Shown here in pieces: positions 59,560 to 64,000 of a stretch of 64,000 bases of DNA. The stretch spans positions 320,001 to 384,000 of the forward strand of contig CAVVHE010000008.1 of the NCBI GenBank assembly GCA_963748015.1, written 5' to 3'. The stretch comes from Terriglobia bacterium. Lineage in GTDB: Bacteria; Acidobacteriota; Polarisedimenticolia; Polarisedimenticolales; JAIQFR01. The stretch's first letter is position 1, and each line of letters opens with the position of its first letter. The translations under genes and the position numbers were made by a program. The notes below the pieces were generated by a model. The model did not search any database. It had not been told where the DNA came from and worked only from the letters and a program-made list of their open reading frames with translations.

Positions 59560-59835
59560 CCTCGAACTCCAGGATGGCGCGGGCGAGCCGTTGCGGGTCT
59601 ACCTCGTAGGTACCCGTCACGAGAGCCCTGCGCAGAGTGTCGACCTTGTCCTGCCGGATTTCGGGGAGCCGGGACGACGCCTCCGCGAGCACGGCCGCCT
59701 GGCGCGCCGTCGCGGACAGCTCGATCCGATCCCCCCTCCGGTCCCGGACGCTTCCGGTTTGCGGACGGGTCGCGCGCCGGCGGGCCCTTCCGTCCGCCGC
59801 GCTCTTCCGGGTCCGTCCGCTCCGTTGATCTTCAT
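59543..59835 (-). pseudogene. flgM: Anti-sigma28 factor FlgM, frameshifted at a G6 run (pseudogene or assembly error)
   Basis: MKING.. start; adding one G at 59731-59736 gives DRIELSATAR..LPEIRQDKVDTLRRALVTGTYEVDPQRLARAIL, the FlgM signature. The gene is not complete in the ORF track. Confidence 0.85.
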
Positions 59836-59889
59836 CTTCCTGCGTCCTCTCGCCCGCCCGAGGGCGGGCGCCGGCTCTTGCTGGCTGCC

Positions 59890-60849
59890 TTAGATCTCAT
59901 CGGCTCGATGCCGCAAGACTTGAGCCCTCAAGGAACCGGGTGCCGCTAAGCCTGGGTCCACGGCCCGCCCTTCCCTGGCCGCCTCGAAATGGAGATGGGG
60001 GCCGGTCGACCGGCCGGAGCTGCCTACCTTTCCCAGGAGCGCGCCGCGCTCCACTTTCTGGCCCGGCCGGACGTCGGCGCCCGAAAGGTGCGCGTAGCGC
60101 GTGATCCACCCCTCGGCATGCCGGACGAGAACCTCCAGGCCGAATCCGGGGCGCCGTTCCGCGGAAACGACCTCGCCGGGGGCGACCGCCACGACGGCCG
60201 TACCTTCCGGCGCCGGCAGGTCCACACCATGGTGAAAGCGGAGCGAACCGTCGAACGGATCCCTTCTCCAACCGAAAGGGCTGGATACGGAGGCGGAAGT
60301 ACGGTGAATGTTTCGGTTCTCGGGAGAATGCGGAGCCGATTCGGTGGCAGGCGGCGGGGCCGGCGCGGTCGTCGGGCTCGCTGCCGCGGGAACCGGCCTC
60401 GCCGGGGTTGTAGGGGCCTCGGACGGGGCGGAGGGGACCGGTTGCTCCTCCGGAAGGACGGCGGCGTTTCGCATGGCCCCGCCCGCCGACTCCACCGCCG
60501 CGCCGTAGGCCTCTCTCGCGCGGACCTCCGCCGCCTTCCGCAAGGCCGCCTCGGCCGACTGCGCGGCGTCGACCCGGCCCGCCCACTGCTCCTCGATCAT
60601 GCGCGCGATGCCGAAGGGCGATCCCTCCGCGAGACGCTCCGCGAGCTGCTCCTGGAAGACCGCCTGGTAGGTCGACGCTCCCGGGCCCTCGCCGAAGAAA
60701 CCCTCCTCGAGCTGCGCCTCGGTCATGCTCTTCAGAAGCGACTGGACGAGGAGCGCCTCGAAGGCCTCCGAGGCCTGCTTGAGGCGCGCTCGCTCGCCCG
60801 CCGCCTTGAGGGCGGCGGGATCGAGGCTCAGCGGGGAGACGGGTCTCAC
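59890..60849 (-). CDS. flgJ: FlgJ-like rod-binding protein fused to an M23 peptidase
   Basis: LKQASEAFEALLVQSLLKSM..FGIARMI (rod-binding); SSPFGWRRDPF, HHGVD, YAHL, STGPHLHFE (M23); GTGA overlap with flgI. Confidence 0.85.
   Translation of the reverse strand: MRPVSPLSLDPAALKAAGERARLKQASEAFEALLVQSLLKSMTEAQLEEGFFGEGPGASTYQAVFQEQLAERLAEGSPFGIARMIEEQWAGRVDAAQSAEAALRKAAEVRAREAYGAAVESAGGAMRNAAVLPEEQPVPSAPSEAPTTPARPVPAAASPTTAPAPPPATESAPHSPENRNIHRTSASVSSPFGWRRDPFDGSLRFHHGVDLPAPEGTAVVAVAPGEVVSAERRPGFGLEVLVRHAEGWITRYAHLSGADVRPGQKVERGALLGKVGSSGRSTGPHLHFEAAREGRAVDPGLAAPGSLRAQVLRHRADEI
59897..59923 (-). promoter_or_regulatory. Sigma28 promoter for flgM, inside the 3' end of flgJ
   Basis: TCAA-N15-GCCGATGA on the minus strand. 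Confidence 0.8.
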
Positions 60850-61973
60850 AGGATCACCAGCTCCGCGTGCAGCGCGCCCGAGGCTCGCATCGCCTGGAAG
60901 ATCGCGATCATGTCGCGGGCCGACACGCCGAGGGTGTTCAGCGCCTGCACGATCTCGCCCACGCTCACCCCCTCCTCGAGAGTGATCACGCTGTTCGGCT
61001 GCTCGGTGGTCGTGACGTCCTCGAGGGGGACGGTGACGGTCTCGCCCTTCGGGGAGTAAGGAGCCGGCTGCGATACCTCGAGCCTGGTGCGGACCTCGAC
61101 GGTGAGGTTGCCGTGCGCGAGGGCGACCTTCGACACGCGCACGTCGCTCCCCAGGACCACGGTGCCGGTCCTCTCGTTGATGACTACTCTGGCCACGGAG
61201 TCGGGGCGTACCTCGACGGCCTCCACCTTGGCCAGGAGCCCGACCGGATCGCCGACTAGGCTCGCGGGCGGGTTGACGCGCACGCCCCCAGGATCCTCGG
61301 CGTGCGCCGACCCCGGCCCGAAGGAAGCGTTGATCGCGTCGGCGATGCGCGAGGCGGTCGCGAAGTCGGGCTCGTCGAGCAGGAGGCGGAAGGAAGTCGC
61401 GGCCGCGAGGTCCATGGGGACGGATCGCTCGACGACCGCCCCGCCCGGAATCCTCCCCGCCGTGGGATGGTTCTTCTGCAGCGTGTTGCCGCCGCCGCCG
61501 CCGAGGAAGGCGCCGCCGATCGAGACCGCCCCCTGGGCGACCGCGTAGGTCCCGCCGTCGGGGCCGAGGAGCGGCGTCATCAGCAGCGTTCCGCCCTGGA
61601 GGCTCTTCGCGTCGCCGAGCGACGACACCTGGACGTCCAGAGGCTGTCCCGGCCGCGCGAACGGGGGCAGCTGGGCGGTCACCATGACGGCCGCCACGTT
61701 GCGGACGCGGATCGAGGACTGCGGGACGGTGACGCCGCTGCGGCGCAGCAGGTTGGCCAGGCTCTGGATCGTGAAGGCGGCCTGCGTGCCGTCGCCCGTG
61801 CCCTGGAGCCCGACCACCAACCCGTAGCCGATGATCGGGTTCGATCGCACCCCCTCGACGGAGGCCAGGTCCTTGACGCGGACCTCGGGGGAGGCGAGGA
61901 GCGGCCCGGCGAGGAGAAGCGTCACCGCGACGATCAAGCACGTTCTAAGCATCGTGACTCCTGTGGAGACCAT
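60846..61973 (-). CDS. flgI: Flagellar P-ring protein FlgI (alternative start ATG61952)
   Basis: GVRSNPIIGYGLVVGLQGTGD, NVAAVMVTA, GDAKSLQGGTL, NERTGTVV, GALHAEL. Confidence 0.97.
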   Translation of the reverse strand: MVSTGVTMLRTCLIVAVTLLLAGPLLASPEVRVKDLASVEGVRSNPIIGYGLVVGLQGTGDGTQAAFTIQSLANLLRRSGVTVPQSSIRVRNVAAVMVTAQLPPFARPGQPLDVQVSSLGDAKSLQGGTLLMTPLLGPDGGTYAVAQGAVSIGGAFLGGGGGNTLQKNHPTAGRIPGGAVVERSVPMDLAAATSFRLLLDEPDFATASRIADAINASFGPGSAHAEDPGGVRVNPPASLVGDPVGLLAKVEAVEVRPDSVARVVINERTGTVVLGSDVRVSKVALAHGNLTVEVRTRLEVSQPAPYSPKGETVTVPLEDVTTTEQPNSVITLEEGVSVGEIVQALNTLGVSARDMIAIFQAMRASGALHAELVIL

Positions 61974-61982
61974 GGCCTTCCG

Positions 61983-62693
61983 TCAGAACGGCCAGAGCCT
62001 GTTCATCACCCGCATGAACCAGCCTTGCCTCACCGTGTCGTCCAGCTCGCCGCGCCCCCAGAGCCTCACCGTCAGGTCGCCCACGGAGGAGGAGGGGACC
62101 GCGTTGTTCGGAGCCACGTCCACGGGCCGCACCGACCCGACCAGCGTCAGGATCTGGCGGTCGCGGTTCACCATGACGTTCTTCTGCCCCGCGACGATCA
62201 TGTCCCCGTTGGGGAGAACGCGGATCACGCGCGTGGTGATGTATCCCTCCAGCTTGTTGCTGCGGCTGGTCTTGCCGTTCCCCTTGTGGGACATGTCGGT
62301 GTTCGTGCTCAGCACGTGGGCGAGGTCGAACGTGCCCGGGGCCGCATTGGGGTTCTCGAGGCCGAACACCACCGGCGCCCCGTAGTCCGCCTGGGACTGC
62401 CGGTCGAGGTCGGTCGTCGCCTCGCTGCTTCCCATCGAGGACTCGGTGACGCCGATCGTCACGAGATCGTTGACCCGGAACGCCCGGGTGTCGCGCGCCA
62501 GCGCCGCGCCCGGCCCGGCGTCGGTCCAGAGGGAGCCGGACGACGGCACGGGGACGGGAAAGGGCGGCAGCACCCCGAGGTCGGTCTCGAGCTGCTCGAC
62601 GTCGGACTTCAGGCTGGGGCTCGGGCCCCGGTGGATCATCGCGCACCCGGTGGCGAGCAGCAGCAGGAGCGGCAGCATCCGCGAGAGCCTCAT
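61983..62693 (-). CDS. flgH: Flagellar L-ring protein FlgH
   Basis: Lipobox ATGC; GSLW, D.RAF.VNDLVTI, VLPNGDM, VRPVDV..NN.V.S, GWF.R..WPF. Confidence 0.95.
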   Translation of the reverse strand: MRLSRMLPLLLLLATGCAMIHRGPSPSLKSDVEQLETDLGVLPPFPVPVPSSGSLWTDAGPGAALARDTRAFRVNDLVTIGVTESSMGSSEATTDLDRQSQADYGAPVVFGLENPNAAPGTFDLAHVLSTNTDMSHKGNGKTSRSNKLEGYITTRVIRVLPNGDMIVAGQKNVMVNRDRQILTLVGSVRPVDVAPNNAVPSSSVGDLTVRLWGRGELDDTVRQGWFMRVMNRLWPF

Positions 62694-63484
62694 GATCTCC
62701 TCCTCCTCGATTCGACGGACCGGAGCACCAGGAGCGAGCCGTCGGGCTGCACACGCCCGATGACCATGGACCCCGTCGCGGCGTTCACCGCCGGTACCGA
62801 GTCGCCGGCGGCGCCGTCGCGCCGCGCCGTGCCGCTGGCGGCCACGGAGAACCTCGAGTTCTCGATCTTGAGCGTCACCGGCTGGCCGCGGCGGACCAAC
62901 GTCGGCCCTCCGAGGAGCGACGCGGTGAGCACCTGCCCGGCGGCGATCGTGCGGAGAGGCACCTGGCCCCGGACTTCGGCCGCCCCGCGCAGCGGCGGTT
63001 CGGTCAGGCGGGTCACGGCCGTCTCCGCGATCTCGACGGCGTCGAGCGGGACCGGCACGCCGCGGCGCAACGTGGCGCGGGAGACCAGGACGGGTCCCCG
63101 GACCTCTCCGCGCACGGTCGCGCGGGCCTCGCCCGCGGGCTTCCCGCCGGCGAGGACGCGAAGGCGCACCCGCGCCACGCCGGACCCGTTCGGCCCTTCG
63201 GCCTCGAGAACCTCGAGTCGGATCGGTCCCGCCTCGGGGCGCGAGCCGCCGTCCATGCGGCAGGCCACCACCTCGAAGTAATCGGGGGGGGCGATGCGAG
63301 CCTTGATCGCCTCGGCGGCCGCTTGCTCGACGAGTCCGGCGAAGGCCGCCTCGGTGATCGTCGCTTCCGCGACGACGGGCGGCTCGCTCGCGAGCGAGGG
63401 TGCGCCGAGCCCGGCGGCGAGCGCCGCCGCGAGGACCGAGGCGCCGAGGGACGACGTTGCAAGACGCATGGCTCGACGCCTCAC
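62690..63484 (-). CDS. flgA: P-ring formation chaperone FlgA
   Basis: SAF-like RTIAAGQVL, LVRRGQPV, G.ARRDG..GD.V.AVN; position between flgG and flgH. Confidence 0.88.
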   Translation of the reverse strand: MRRRAMRLATSSLGASVLAAALAAGLGAPSLASEPPVVAEATITEAAFAGLVEQAAAEAIKARIAPPDYFEVVACRMDGGSRPEAGPIRLEVLEAEGPNGSGVARVRLRVLAGGKPAGEARATVRGEVRGPVLVSRATLRRGVPVPLDAVEIAETAVTRLTEPPLRGAAEVRGQVPLRTIAAGQVLTASLLGGPTLVRRGQPVTLKIENSRFSVAASGTARRDGAAGDSVPAVNAATGSMVIGRVQPDGSLLVLRSVESRRRRS

Positions 63485-64000
63485 CGCACCAGGTTGCTGA
63501 CCTGCTGCATCATCTCGTCCGACACCCGGACCACCTTCGAGTTCAGCTCGTAGGCGCGCTGGGCGGCGATCATGTCCACCATCTCGCTCACGATGCTGAC
63601 GTTCGACATCTCCAGGAAGCCCTGGGCGATCGTTCCGAGCCCCTCGAGGCCCGGGGTCCCGTCCACGGGATCTCCGGAGGCGGAGGTTTGCTTCAGGAGG
63701 TTGCTCCCGACGCTCTGGAGTCCCGTCGGGTTGAGGAAGTTGGCGATCTCGATCTGGCCGACCTCGGTCGCGACGGACTGTCCGGGCTGCGTCACGCTCA
63801 CCGTCCCGTCGACCCCGACGGTGACCGTCAGGGTGTCGTTGGGCAGCGTGATGGGGGGGTCGAGCTGGAATCCCTGCGCCGTGACGAGCTGCCCCTCGTT
63901 GTTGGGGGTGAACGCGCCGTCCCGCGTGTAGGCGATCGTCCCGTCCGGCAACAGCACCTTGAAGAACCCCTGCCCCTGGATCACCAGGTCCATCGGGTTG
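63481..64000 (-). CDS. flgG: Flagellar basal-body rod protein FlgG, C-terminal part (5' end outside window)
   Basis: DLVIQGQGFF, YTRDGAF, FLNPTGL, QGFLEMSNV, AQRAYELNSKV..DEM. Confidence 0.95.
   Translation of the reverse strand, partial: NPMDLVIQGQGFFKVLLPDGTIAYTRDGAFTPNNEGQLVTAQGFQLDPPITLPNDTLTVTVGVDGTVSVTQPGQSVATEVGQIEIANFLNPTGLQSVGSNLLKQTSASGDPVDGTPGLEGLGTIAQGFLEMSNVSIVSEMVDMIAAQRAYELNSKVVRVSDEMMQQVSNLVR

Overview
Very GC-rich (about 70% by eye), gene-dense bacterial window; the gene content would fit an Acidobacteriota or Deltaproteobacteria-like genome (inference only). Left to right: (1) end of a D-cysteine desulfhydrase-family gene, a HEAT-repeat/serine hydrolase fusion and an M28 peptidase; (2) two secreted multiheme c-type cytochromes, tspO, a LolA-like protein and an OprO/P-type porin; (3) a membrane-anchored Clp/Hsp100 ATPase whose C-terminus resembles a class I peptide release factor lacking GGQ (top candidate novelty); (4) a sigma54 module: a ZraS/ZraR-like two-component pair, three -24/-12 promoters sharing an upstream enhancer motif, and small secreted targets (DUF4382-like lipoprotein, 12-Cys DxDxDG mini-protein, two OB-fold-like paralogs, a beta-barrel), next to a sigma54-driven nosL-like/cusCBA metal efflux operon; (5) a GH78 rhamnosidase, a beta-propeller phosphoesterase and a DUF1579-like gene; (6) a minor type IV pilin cluster followed by glycosylation/modification genes; (7) a flagellar region (fliL-flbD-motAB, flgGAHIJMNKL, fliW, csrA) with four sigma28 promoters, containing an MglA-like GTPase-GAF fusion, an orphan PilB-like ATPase, an HDOD protein, a small sigma28-driven ORF and a ~190-230 nt palindrome. 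Five apparent single-base frameshifts (including one in flgM) may be assembly errors. No rRNA, tRNA, CRISPR array, integrase or transposase was seen. All family calls are by motif recognition; no database search was run.
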